Part shown: one piece after another, positions 36,701-47,075 of the stretch
How the letters are laid out: every line of letters begins with the position of its first letter
Numbering within the stretch: position 1 is the stretch's first letter
From: Mytilus californianus
Taxonomy: Eukaryota
DNA: 64,000 bases
Direction: 5' to 3'
Assembly (NCBI RefSeq): GCF_021869535.1
Contig: NW_026262734.1
Location: 33,604,001-33,668,000, forward strand
Made by a program: the position numbers and the translations under genes
The notes under the pieces: generated by a model
What the model was told of the DNA's origin: nothing
What the model saw: the letters and a program-made list of their open reading frames with translations, nothing else
The model's database searches: none

Positions 36701-38398
36701 TAAAAGTCGCATTTGTATTATGTAATATGAAGCTAAAACTAAAGTCAGAATTTAAAAAAAATTACTATAACAATAGAAAATATAAGGTTGCTTTGCTTAA
36801 ATTGTAAAGTTTCGATAATGTGATCAATTAGTGAAAATAAAATACAAGGCCAAAGTTCTAAGTACATGTAACACGGCATACAGTCAAACACTTACATTAT
36901 CGTATAAAAAGTTAGGTCCATATTTACAAAAAAAAAATGTCAAAAGCGTTCACTAGTTGACCAATTCTGATCTAAACAGCGTTTAAAAGACTAAACAACA
37001 CACTGTCAATTTCAGACATATGAACTGTGGTAAAATGAGCACTATTCAGACATTTCTCCTCTACTCATTTAAGATATATCCTTTCGATGTTCAGACAGCT
37101 CATTAGTTGCGATTTACCTGTACATATCAACATCGAACTGAATGGTCTTAATGCTGCTGATTTATCTGCACGCGAATTGTCCGTACTGAACTTACCGTAG
37201 TGGATATTTTGACTTAAGGGCTGCCCATGACTGAATGGTTTATTGTTCAGACTTTGTATTCTGTCGTTATTGTGGCACGACATAAATGGTGGCGGTAGCC
37301 AACTCTGAAGCCATATATATCCACATTTACAAACAATATTAAGTCTTCCTAACTGGTCATTACAAGGCCTTTAGTTTTAAAGTTACCTATCAATTCTTTT
37401 AATCGATATGTAATTTAAATCAATTAATTTTGGTATTTTTTTTAGATGAGATACAACAAATTCAAAAATATGATCAATATCATTTTTTGGCAAGATTTAT
37501 TTTCTTTTCTTCGCAATATCTAACTTTATGCTCTTTTAAACCTGTCATCTAAATCAACAATGAATCTTTTTTAAAACATATATAGCCAAATTTTCATATA
37601 CTAGCGGAAATGTTTAGATACCTATTTCGAAAAAAAATATTATGGTTGTGTTTTTACTTGATTGATAAAAGCAATGACTCTTTGGTGGACACCGATATGT
37701 TTCAAATCAACAAATCCGGATGGTGCCTGAAATCTGTTATTACTCTGTTGTTATATTGTGGTGGTTCACTACATTTTAAGTAAATATGTTTTGGATGTTG
37801 TGTTATTATCCAAATATATTCCTGCGTGACAAATGGATAAAGTTTGCAATCGCAAGTGAAGTTGTTTTGCCGGAACTCGAAACTCTAAGATACGAGTTTT
37901 CCATATAATCCACTGTCACTAAACAATATGTTTAAAAAAAAAAAGGGCTTCAATTGTTTTATCTAAAGTCGAGATATCCCTCTTGACCAAAATTTAATTC
38001 TGATCGAAAAGAACAGTTTTCTGAAAAGATTTGTAATTTTGTTCAGATTATTATGAGAAAAATTAACAGTGCAGAAGTAATCTTGTTTCGTCCATATAAG
38101 GGTTAGTGACGTCGACTTCTGTCAATGTATTATACAATAAAGTGAAATAAACTTTCCGCCATATTCAAGAATAACTTTGACCATAATTTGTTGATTTGAC
38201 TGAAGGAAACATCAACTTCTCGGAGGTATTTCATCCCATGACTGGATGTTCTTGCCTTCCAATATCAATGTATCTAGTAAAGGCAAACATGAAAGATTTC
38301 TTATATCTGTAATTCGACAGAATGAAAAATCAATGTAACAGTTATATTAAAATCGCAGACTGAAATCGGAATGGCTGTTAGATTTCCGTAGGTATAAA

Positions 38399-38553
38399 AA
38401 ATGAAAACAACACGTGATAAATTTTATGCATCCGAAGCCCTTATTTGGATTTACCTTCATCAAGAACGCTCAAAGCCGAATATTTGAAAGCCAATGATGT
38501 ACAAGAACCGAAGCAGCTGAAGGGCTATATTACCAAGAAGGCCCCTAAAAATA
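38399..38553 (-). mobile_element. Retrozyme fragment with a degenerate hammerhead (38427-38472)
   Basis: Minus strand reads GAGCGTTC-TTGATGA-AGGTAAATCCA-AATA-AGGGCTTC-GGATGC. It is the same family as 40140-40260 and 42744-42791. Confidence 0.65.
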
Positions 38554-38681
38554 ATAAGTTAATTGGTAGATAAACAGTACGATCCATAGTTATCAATTTA
38601 ACATAATTTTCACAAAACAAGACGTCAAGAAATCCAACATCATTTACATGATTTCTATCATTCAAACTTCTTTTAACAATC

Positions 38682-39124
38682 ACCCCAAAGGGTGACTGGG
38701 GAATAGAAATATGGTCACTACAGGTCTTCTTCCGACCGGCAGTAAGACCCTTGCCAAAGTTGGGCGTCCGTTTGGATGTGCGGGATGTATAAGTACGCAG
38801 CCACGTCTGGTCAGAATGGGGACGATAAATCCGATGTCTCGTGTAGAGAGAATGCAACGCACTCTGCACGTTAAAAACCCTTGCAATAACTCTTTGAGGG
38901 TCCGTAGGTGGCCTGTTGCAAGGCCAAATTTCTGTCCCTATCTAATTTACCCTCAAGGTACATTGGCAGTCAGAACTTCCCCGACCTTATCCCGGAAGGC
39001 GTCAATTAAAATACCTACTTATTGTATTCATTGTTAATTTGTTCTCGTCCTGAACATGCATTAAAATTTTTGCCACTGGACGTTAAGCAACCAACAATGA
39101 ATGAATGAATCAATCAATCAATCG
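38682..39124 (+). mobile_element. 5'-truncated mollusc-type SINE with a (GAAT/CAAT)n tail and a 10-bp TSD
   Basis: TSD TTTAACAATC at 38672-38681 and 39125-39134. The tail is GCCACTGGACGTTAAGCAACCAAC(AATG)n(AATC)n. The central GGGACGATAAATCCGATGTCTCGTGT...GCACGTTAAAAACCC resembles the Meta-type SINE central domain (from recall, unverified). Confidence 0.85.
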
Positions 39125-39874
39125 TTTAACAATCCAAGATGGTTGTACTCTACATGTACAGCATTTCAATTTATCATCAACTGTCATTTTTGTAGAAACG
39201 GCCTTGGTTTCATATTCTTTAAGACAGCGTAAATCTGATCTATTGATCAATTTTCCAAGTTTTAGAACTAGATACTCTTTAGAAGATATAGCACTGCAAT
39301 ATAATATGAGAATCAAAAGCGCAAAATACAATTCTGATAGCATTTTCAATTAATGAACGCACACTGTACTATTTGGTGTATTTGTTCAACAATTAACAGA
39401 AACATAATTGAAATTATATGTTTAAAATGGAGTTTGTACAATGTGAATCAGATATCTTTTGTAGTTATTATAATGTATATAATCGTGTTTACGGTTCCAA
39501 GTTATATCCAGATAACATTGCACGTTGATCACTTGTTAAAATAATTTGAATCAAACAAATCGGTCCACAAAGAAAAAGTGTTGTATTACTGAATAAAAAT
39601 AAAGAAATTTATGATAACTAATGGAATATGTTATGAGCAGATTTGTTTTCCTTATGAAATCGTTAGTTTGAGAAGATGAAAAAGATTCATGACTTTTGAA
39701 CAGCAATATCCTGCTGTTGCCTTTATATAGTAACGTTATGCATTTCATCCAAACCAAGTTTTTATATCATAGATAAAAGTGATACATACTATTGAAAATG
39801 CAAAACCTGAACATAAACGTAGGAATCACAGCCGAAATGTTCTTTTCATTAAGAATTATCATTATCAATAAATA

Positions 39875-39962
39875 AACAAACATGTCGAGCAGGATTTGCC
39901 TACCCTTTCGGAGCACTTGAGATGATACTTGGGTTTTAATGGAGTTCGTGTTGCTTAATCCA
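39875..39962 (+). mobile_element. PLE-1 family 3'-UTR fragment
   Basis: GAGCAGGATTTGCCTACCCTTTCGGAGCACTTGAGAT matches 9551-9590. Confidence 0.7.
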
Positions 39963-40129
39963 GGCATCTACTATGAATAGTCTATTTGTCATATCTAATT
40001 ATTGAACCTGCAATTAAAGATCCATTTTTAAAGTTGTTTCCCTGAAGAGGGACAACAATTTTCTTTGACTATATGGAGACCTAGTCCGTTTATGAATTTA
40101 AAAGTTTAAAAAAAAATTGACTTTTGATG

Positions 40130-41220
40130 AATTATCTATTACTTTTGGTCGTTTTTGGTGATACAGCCCTTCAACTGTCTTCTACATCCTTGGCTTCTAA
40201 ATATTCGGCTTTAAGTGTTCCTGGTGAAGGTGAATCAAGAAAAGAGACTCGGCGCATACAATTTTAAAGTGTTGTTTATTTTTTTACAGAACTAGGTCGA
40301 TAGCGCTGCTGGTGGATTTTCAATCCCCTAGGATATTATTAGATTAGTGGTGGTCAGGACATTTGTACTGACATAATTTATAACAAACCTTTTTTAATAG
40401 TCTTTTTATAAATTTATAAATTATAAAGAAACTAAGGTTTCAACTCCCTCATCCAAAATTGACCTGAGATGGATTTAATTTAAAATTTTGGTCTTTTTTG
40501 GTCTTATAGCTCTTCAAGTGTTTCGACTTTTCTACATCGTTGATTTTGTGCGCTCCTGACGAAGGTATGAAATTTATAAAGTGTTATTTTCATTTTTTAG
40601 GTCCTTTTCTATTTGATCAGCTTGATATGTTTGGATTTTCAAATATTTCGGTCTCGAGCATCACTGAAAAATGACTTAAAAAGAGAGGCGAAAAATACCT
40701 AAGTAATTGTCAAAATGTGTGACAGATGCAGTAAACATTTACTTTTGATCTTATCACTACCATTCGGTCCATTCCCCTGCTGGTGGACTGTAAGGCTCCG
40801 ATGACATCACCAATCCAGGAACCAGTATTTCGATACTTGTATGAAAATACGATTTTATTTAGCTTGAATTTGCTGTTATAAAATTTTAGAAACCGTTTTA
40901 AGTTAAGTAACATATCTCAAGAATTATGCAAAGTTCTGATTTCTTTGTTTTGATAAGGCTATACTTGGTGTCTTTTTATATTTGATCAGCTAATCAAAAG
41001 TTTGTTTATGTTTTAGGTGTTCAAATACTTCGGCCTTAAGCATCATGGATGGGAAATTAATTGTCAAATACGCATTTGGTGCAGTAAACTCGGTATCAGT
41101 TATTATTTGTTCTACCACTAGGTCGATATATGTACCTCTAATTGTAGACTCTTAGTTCCAGAGAGCAAAACCAACCCATTAGCATGCATGTCGGTACTGA
41201 CACGAACATAAGGATATTGT
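40130..41220 (+). mobile_element. Tandem degenerate retrozyme units (hammerhead remnants at about 40213, 40549, 40656 and 41036)
   Basis: Repeated blocks end in CTGGTGA..GAAA, CTGACGA, GAGCATCACTGAAAA and AAGCATCATGGATGG..AAATACGCATTTGGTGC. Like cores are about 340 and 380 bp apart. Confidence 0.7.
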
Positions 41221-41280
41221 TTGATTCAAATTAGAAGTTTTAATGATAGTTTTAAATAATCTTGACGTCATCAATTCGTT

Positions 41281-41585
41281 TGCAACAGATGCGCCGTTTC
41301 ACAATAAACTTTTTTTTGGGTATGCTTGTTGCTAAGGTATTTGCAAGTTCAAAACTCTATACAAACATTCAAGTGAGAATAAAACTAAAAAAGACAAAAA
41401 GTAAGACTTAACCCGGACAAGCAGTCAGAGTTGTTCATGCCAGGACTAAAGTAAAGGCTACCGAACTAGTGATATCAGCAGGGCTATGATTCCACTAGTA
41501 TAAATAATTGGTAGTTAATACATTTTTTTTACAAATACTACTGCTTCAGAGTGAATTTCGATAATCAGTCGAAGCGATAGGAAAG
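41281..41585 (-). mobile_element. Inverted degenerate retrozyme unit
   Basis: Minus strand has hammerhead 3' halves (ATTATC-GAAA-TTCACTC-TGAAGC near 41560 and ATTGT-GAAA-CGGCGCATC-TGTTGC near 41295). The body between them matches 40755-40850. Confidence 0.5.
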
Positions 41586-42026
41586 TGAACAACATTATGA
41601 AATGCCATAATTTGACACATACTTATGGAATTTCCGAATAGTTGTTAATCGAATAATTTACTTGCTATATTAATTGATTTCATTTTCATAGAATTATTTT
41701 AATGCATAAGATTAGAAGTATATTTTCATTCTTTTTGTTTTTTATTGTTCTTTTCGTTTTTTATTTTACAACCGTCATGTTTCCTACGACACGACGAAAA
41801 CTGCTTCAACCCGCCGATCTATGATTAGTATTGATGAGTGGCTAATGAGAGATAACTCATATCGGCTTAATAACATGTTTTGTGTACATTTGTAAGATAA
41901 TTCGATTTCCTGAACATTAATCTAAGGTTGATGTTTTGCATATTTTTTAAATGGTTATATTGCCTTGCATGTGATTATAAGCTGCATACTTTTATTCCCT
42001 ATTATAAATTTTGAGTTATTCGTAAT

Positions 42027-42235
42027 GATAAAATAGAGAATGGAAATGGGGAATGTGTCAAAAGAGAAAACAACCCGACCAAAGAGCAGAAAACAGCCGA
42101 AGGCCACCAATGAGTCTTCAACACAGCGAGAAAATCCCGCACCCGGAGGCGTGCTTCAGCTGGCCCCTAAACAAAAATGAGTACTAGTTCAGTGAAAATG
42201 GACGTCATACTAAAATCCCAAACATATAAATAAGT
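42027..42235 (-). mobile_element. Interspersed repeat 3' fragment, related to family A
   Basis: GC-richer block GGAAATGGGGAATGTGTCAAAAGAG...CAGCTGGCCCCTAAAC with the same terminal layout as family A. No second copy is in the window. Confidence 0.55.
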
Positions 42236-42474
42236 CGTTTTTGAAGAATGTTATAACAAAACTTGTAGCCTAAAATTATTCTGACCGTATATTGGTTTTT
42301 ATGTTGAAAAATAAAACAAAATATAAAAATATTTAAATATACCAAAATATTATCTTACAACGTAAATATAGTGCACAACGATGTGATTCCTCACTAAAAA
42401 TTTACACGGATAACAAATTGATTTAGCAGCTTTTTTTGTATGCGATTATTTTATATACCTTACAACAACTTTCT

Positions 42475-42570
42475 GTAAATACAAACAACAGTAATATACA
42501 GCTGTTCAAAAATCATAAATCGATTGACAGAAAACAAATCCGGGTTACAAACTAAAACCGCGGGAAACAC
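42475..42570 (-). mobile_element. 3'-terminal fragment of the PLE-2 family
   Basis: Reverse complement of 60790-60877. Confidence 0.8.
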
Positions 42571-42743
42571 AACTATAGTTTTATTTCTTACCTTTTTCAA
42601 TCAACGTGAAATTATAATTTGTATTGTATAAATTTCCATAAAAATGTAAGAAATAATTTATCGACAAAATTGTCTTCTAATTAGGAATTATACACTGTTA
42701 TATGCGTGAGTAATATATATAATTAACAATTGACAAATGTCGT

Positions 42744-42791
42744 ACACCAGATGCGCTTTTTTTTAAGGATTTACCTTCATCGGGAGCGCTT
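42744..42791 (-). ncRNA. Degenerate type I hammerhead ribozyme remnant
   Basis: Minus strand reads AAGCGCTC-CCGATGA-AGGTAAATCC-TTAAAAAAA-AGCGCATC-TGGTGT. The core is mutated. Confidence 0.55.
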
Positions 42792-42834
42792 AAACCGAAA
42801 CAAATAAAAATGACGAAAAAAATGCTCATAAAAA

Positions 42835-43043
42835 TGTTGATTCAGTAATATTCATGGGATACCAAATTTCTTGTATTTCGTGGGTACAGTTGAACCACGA
42901 ATTTAAATGTTTAACCAACTACAAGTTTTCTGTAAGCTTGTATGCTAACTTTGGCAAAACCTCGAAATCAAATATCAACGAAAATGCAAATTTTCCTCAA
43001 TCCATGAATATTGGTTCCAGCGAAAATAAATGAATCCACAGTA
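42835..43043. mobile_element. MITE of about 200 bp ending AATGAATCCACAGTA (left TIR decayed)
   Basis: Internal CCACGAA-like repeats on both strands. Left TGTTGATTCAGT is a decayed reverse complement of the right end. Confidence 0.5.
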
Positions 43044-43044
43044 G

Positions 43045-43304
43045 AAAGTAAAATCACAAAAATACCGAACTCCGAAAAATTCAAAACGGAAAGTCCCTAA
43101 TCAAATGGCAAAATCAAAAGCTCAAACACATCAAACGAATTGATAACAACTGTCATATTCCTGACTTGGTACAGGCCTTTTCTTATGTAGAAAATGGTGG
43201 ATTAAACCTGGTTTTATAGCTAGCTCAATCTCTCACTTTTATGACAGTCGCATAAAATTCCATTATATTGACAACGATGTGTGAACAAAATAAACAGACA
43301 TAAT
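43045..43304. mobile_element. Interspersed repeat family B, most complete copy
   Basis: Near-identical to 7100-7334. It shares the TACCAAGTCAGGAATATG core with the PLE-2 tail (60665-60690, opposite strand). Confidence 0.9.
43088..43097 (-). promoter_or_regulatory. Perfect canonical NF-kB (kappaB) site GGGACTTTCC, 444 bp upstream of the TLR-D ATG
   Basis: Plus strand reads GGAAAGTCCC. This is a sequence match only and function is untested. Confidence 0.35.
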
Positions 43305-43540
43305 CACTTTTTATTCATATTTTAACGTTATTGAGTTCGATAGAGGGAAATGAAATGTCAGGATGTTAGATATTACATTTCAGTCTATATAATACATTTA
43401 TAAACATAAGAGGCTATTGAAAACAACCAATTAGGAAACGTAATAAGTACCGGATCGTATGCAATTTAGACTTTTACTTATAAATATAGATACTTATCAA
43501 ACGTCTTCTTCATATTAATGGACAGCTAAAACAAGGAACG

Positions 43541-45835
43541 ATGTGGTTCGTGTGCATATATTTTATGATTTGGTGTCCTTTCGCTGTTGTGGATTTACTT
43601 TCTACGACCGACATATTCAAAACTTTATTCAACCGAACAGATCTACATTGCTCGTCTTCTTGTAGGAGAAATGAGTATCATCTTGTCAGTTGTTGTATGT
43701 GTGATATGTACAAAACGCGAGAACAACTATATTCTTTGAAAGTTTCGTACAATGCCATTTTGGAATATACTGAAATAGAAGAACCACATGTTTTGAATGT
43801 TTTTTACCGGATACAACACGTATCTAAATACATAACGAGACTCCCAGTCAACCTATGTAATTTTACAGAAATCGTTCAAATGGATTTTTCTTACAATGAG
43901 ATAAAAAGAATTGACAATATTTCTTGCATCAAAAGCTTAGACACTCTTAAAATGCGTAAAAACAAAATAGAGTATTTGAGGAACGATACCTTTATCGGAA
44001 TGAAGGTTTTACGCAATATTGACCTTTCATACAACCGTTTGAGGTACGTAGAACCAGGATTGTTATTAAACATGGCTGCAAGTCTTCTTAATTTTGATGT
44101 GTCTAATAATCTATTGACCACAGTAGATATCACTAATATTTTGTGGGAAAATCAACCAGCGTTCTGCGAAACCGATTTTTCCTTCAATAAGATAACAAGT
44201 ATAAGCAATCAACTAGATTGGACATGTAAAACTAATACACAATTTGGATTTGGAGGATATGTTAATTTATCTAACAATAATTTGTCACATTTTGTGAAAT
44301 TTTCTAAAATAGGATTTAGAAATTTTTTTTTCTTAGGAAAACTACTATCCTATGGATTTGATTTACGAGAAAACAATTGGATATGTGACTGCCAGATGTA
44401 TTTCTTAGCATCAAAATCGTCTATTCTTTTAGATAAGATGCATAGAACCTATTTCGAAGTAACTTGTCATTCTCCTCCAGAATTCAAAAACGTCCTTCTA
44501 ATTGACATTATTAAACACCAATCTCTCGATTGTTTAATCTGTAATTTAACAATTGCTGACAGATGTCCTCCACAATGTCGTTGTTTTTACCAGCCTAGTA
44601 GATCAAGAACTGTAGTGAATTGTTCTGGAACGGGACGTAGAAGATTACCATCTGCAATGCCATTGCGAACTGATCTTGAGGTAGATTTTTCAAGTAATAG
44701 ATTATCAAGTATGCTTAACATTAATCATGAAATAAAAACTACTAGTAATGGAAGTATACTATATTATTATAGCAAATATATAAGAAAACTGGATTTATCA
44801 AACAATAACATCGAAATAATACCGGATGATCTTATTGTTAAATTACGAAATGTAAGTTTGATTAATTTGTCAAAAAACAAAATAACGAACATTCCACGTA
44901 TTTTGCAAACTTTAAACCCTTGCCAGATAAACTTAGGAAAAGTCGTGATTCACTGTAAATGCAACGACATTTGGATACAAAATTGGCTGCCATCATTTCA
45001 TAGCAAATGTTTCAATAATACGAGAGTATATTGTAGGAACAATAATGAAAAAGTGAACATATTGAATATGACAAGACATCAGCTTGGATGTAGACTTTAC
45101 AATGACTATATCTTATGTTTGAACATTTCACTTGCCGTGGCAGTGTTTATTGTTACTGGATCAGCGCTTTTTATCTATACTCTCCGTTTTGAACTTTTCA
45201 TAATGACACGAAAAATTCTGAAGTATTTCAAAGGAATAGTAGTTTCATCAGACGCATATGCATATGATATCTACATATCTTGCAATGAAAATGACGTTTA
45301 TTTGCGACATTGGCTGACGTCATCATTTGTCCCTTTTCTGCAAGAAGAAAAACTCCGTGTGTTTTTACCTTATCGAGATTGTCAAATAGGGCGACTACGT
45401 GAGGAGGAAACAATTGATATAATGTCGACGAGTCTTAATTTCGTAATTTTGCTTTCTGAAGATTGTGAAAGTTCAACAGAAATGTGGATTAAGAAAGAAT
45501 GGAAATATGCATGGTACAATTATAGGTATGATATCAATCGAGAAATAGTCGTTATAAATTATGACATGCTGGTGTATCAAGATGTGGCACACAAATATTT
45601 GAGAGCATTTTTAAAAATGCATCATTTTATAAATTTTTCAAAAAAGGATAAACTCATCAAGGCAGAAGTGTACTCAAGACTCCAACATGATCATGATGCC
45701 GTATTCGGAAAGAAATGCTGCAACGGGGAACGTGCAACAAGGCTTGATACTAATGTAGACACCGACAATGAGACGACAAATCTTAATATCAAATATGATA
45801 ATAAATCAAAAGATTCTTTACATGTACAGTTATAA
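43541..45835 (+). CDS. TLR-D: intronless Toll-like receptor with a long post-TIR tail
   Basis: 764-aa ORF with a signal peptide, LRRs, NNWICDC...CPPQCRC, TM and TIR (YDIYISC, PYRDCQIG, WIKKEW). Confidence 0.96.
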   Translation: MWFVCIYFMIWCPFAVVDLLSTTDIFKTLFNRTDLHCSSSCRRNEYHLVSCCMCDMYKTREQLYSLKVSYNAILEYTEIEEPHVLNVFYRIQHVSKYITRLPVNLCNFTEIVQMDFSYNEIKRIDNISCIKSLDTLKMRKNKIEYLRNDTFIGMKVLRNIDLSYNRLRYVEPGLLLNMAASLLNFDVSNNLLTTVDITNILWENQPAFCETDFSFNKITSISNQLDWTCKTNTQFGFGGYVNLSNNNLSHFVKFSKIGFRNFFFLGKLLSYGFDLRENNWICDCQMYFLASKSSILLDKMHRTYFEVTCHSPPEFKNVLLIDIIKHQSLDCLICNLTIADRCPPQCRCFYQPSRSRTVVNCSGTGRRRLPSAMPLRTDLEVDFSSNRLSSMLNINHEIKTTSNGSILYYYSKYIRKLDLSNNNIEIIPDDLIVKLRNVSLINLSKNKITNIPRILQTLNPCQINLGKVVIHCKCNDIWIQNWLPSFHSKCFNNTRVYCRNNNEKVNILNMTRHQLGCRLYNDYILCLNISLAVAVFIVTGSALFIYTLRFELFIMTRKILKYFKGIVVSSDAYAYDIYISCNENDVYLRHWLTSSFVPFLQEEKLRVFLPYRDCQIGRLREEETIDIMSTSLNFVILLSEDCESSTEMWIKKEWKYAWYNYRYDINREIVVINYDMLVYQDVAHKYLRAFLKMHHFINFSKKDKLIKAEVYSRLQHDHDAVFGKKCCNGERATRLDTNVDTDNETTNLNIKYDNKSKDSLHVQL

Positions 45836-46349
45836 ACTCATTTTAAAATCATGTCTACGGTAATAAAGTATAACAAAATAATAATAAGTAATAACAACTT
45901 ATTCAACATAAAATAGACACTAACATAGGTCTCAGCATTATAATGCACTGACTAGATATCTTATTAAGATTTATTTATTAAATGAATTCAAGGAACTAAC
46001 TACGTAGAGGAAAACTAGGAATTTGTGTCATTAGGAAACATTTAACTTTCAAAATTGTCTTATGAATCGTTCAAATTCACAAGTACATGTAAATTTTATA
46101 CACTTGGGATGGTTCTTAACGTTACGAATTGTTTTGAGATCAACTGAAAGATACACTTGGTGATTATGTAATAGTTAATGCATAACAGGATGTTCATTTG
46201 TAAAAATATCTATCAGAAGAAACGAACTGGTTGAAATGCTTGAGAAAGACATACATATCTAAACGATAAACACAATTAAGCAATCAACAATTGACCATGC
46301 ACTTTAGGTCCTTCCGTTATTATAGTAACATAGTATTATTGTATTTTTA

Positions 46350-47075
46350 AAGAATAATTAGCCATTTGATCTTGTATTCATAATAATATTGTTTATAGTG
46401 ATTGTGTAGTGGTTTTTTATATGCATCTTCCGTTTTGAGGGTTTCAACGACAAGAAAATTTGTTAAACACTTCGAGAAAATAATATTTTTATCAAATCAT
46501 TTGCATATTATGTCTACATATCTTGTAACGAAGATGACGTTTGTTTGCGATGTTGGTTGACGTCATCGACTGTCCTGTGTCATGAAGAAAAAAACCTCCG
46601 ATTGTTTTATACTGACCGAGATTGTATGAGTTAGAAAGTCCATGTGCGAAGTAAATCATCGATGAATTTCCAACAAAAACTCATGAAAAATACAAGTCTT
46701 TTAATTGTGTACACCAGACGCGCGTTTTGTTTGAAAAAAACTCATCGGTGACGCTCTAATAAAAACAAATTAAAAGGCCAAATAAAGTACAACATTGAGG
46801 ACCAACAATGTCTAAAGGTTTTGCTAAAGAATTTTAAATTTTGTATTGTTTCTGTCCGAGGATAACAATGGTTTGGTAGACATATGCACTTGGGTTCAGA
46901 ATGGATATATTCATGGCACAATTATAGAAAGGATATCATAAATTATGATATGCTGAGTATAAATATATTCCACAGAGATATTTGAGTACTCTTTTTAAAC
47001 TTCAAATTTTTTTTGATTTAATAAAAAAGGGATACCCTCAAAATAGGTTTGTGTATTCGAGTATTTTACGTGTTC
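46350..47075 (+). pseudogene. psiTLR-D1: decayed TM+TIR remnant of a TLR-D paralogue
   Basis: 46420-46660 and 46830-47075 align with TLR-D 45170-45700 (e.g. TCTACATATCTTG..GA..ATGACGTTT..TTGCGA..TTGG.TGACGTCATC). A retrozyme fragment splits it. Weak homology may extend left to about 46030. Confidence 0.8.
46675..46827 (-). mobile_element. Retrozyme fragment with the best-preserved hammerhead fold (46711-46756)
   Basis: Minus strand reads GAGCGTCA-CCGATGA-GTTT TTTTC AAAC-AAAA-C GCGC GTC-TGGTGT. All three stems pair and the GUC site is intact, but the core has U4>C and G12>A. Confidence 0.8.

Larger units (their letters stand above)
37255..39343 (-). pseudogene. psiTLR-C1: ectodomain-only pseudogene of TLR-C with two insertions
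   Basis: Starts MLSELYFALLILILYC at 39343 and aligns with TLR-C up to LPPPFMSCHNN (TLR-C has LPSSTMPCYNN). It is interrupted by a SINE (38682-39124) and a retrozyme fragment (about 38399-38553). No TM or TIR was found. Confidence 0.9.

Noticed and set aside
37065-37255. Open GC-richer stretch adjoining the psiC1 truncation point
   Set aside because: No alignment to TM or TIR of any paralogue and no recognisable motif. Its origin is unresolved without a database search.
38525-39037. GC-richer overlapping ORFs (114, 68 and 108 aa)
   Set aside because: These are chance frames across the SINE insertion.
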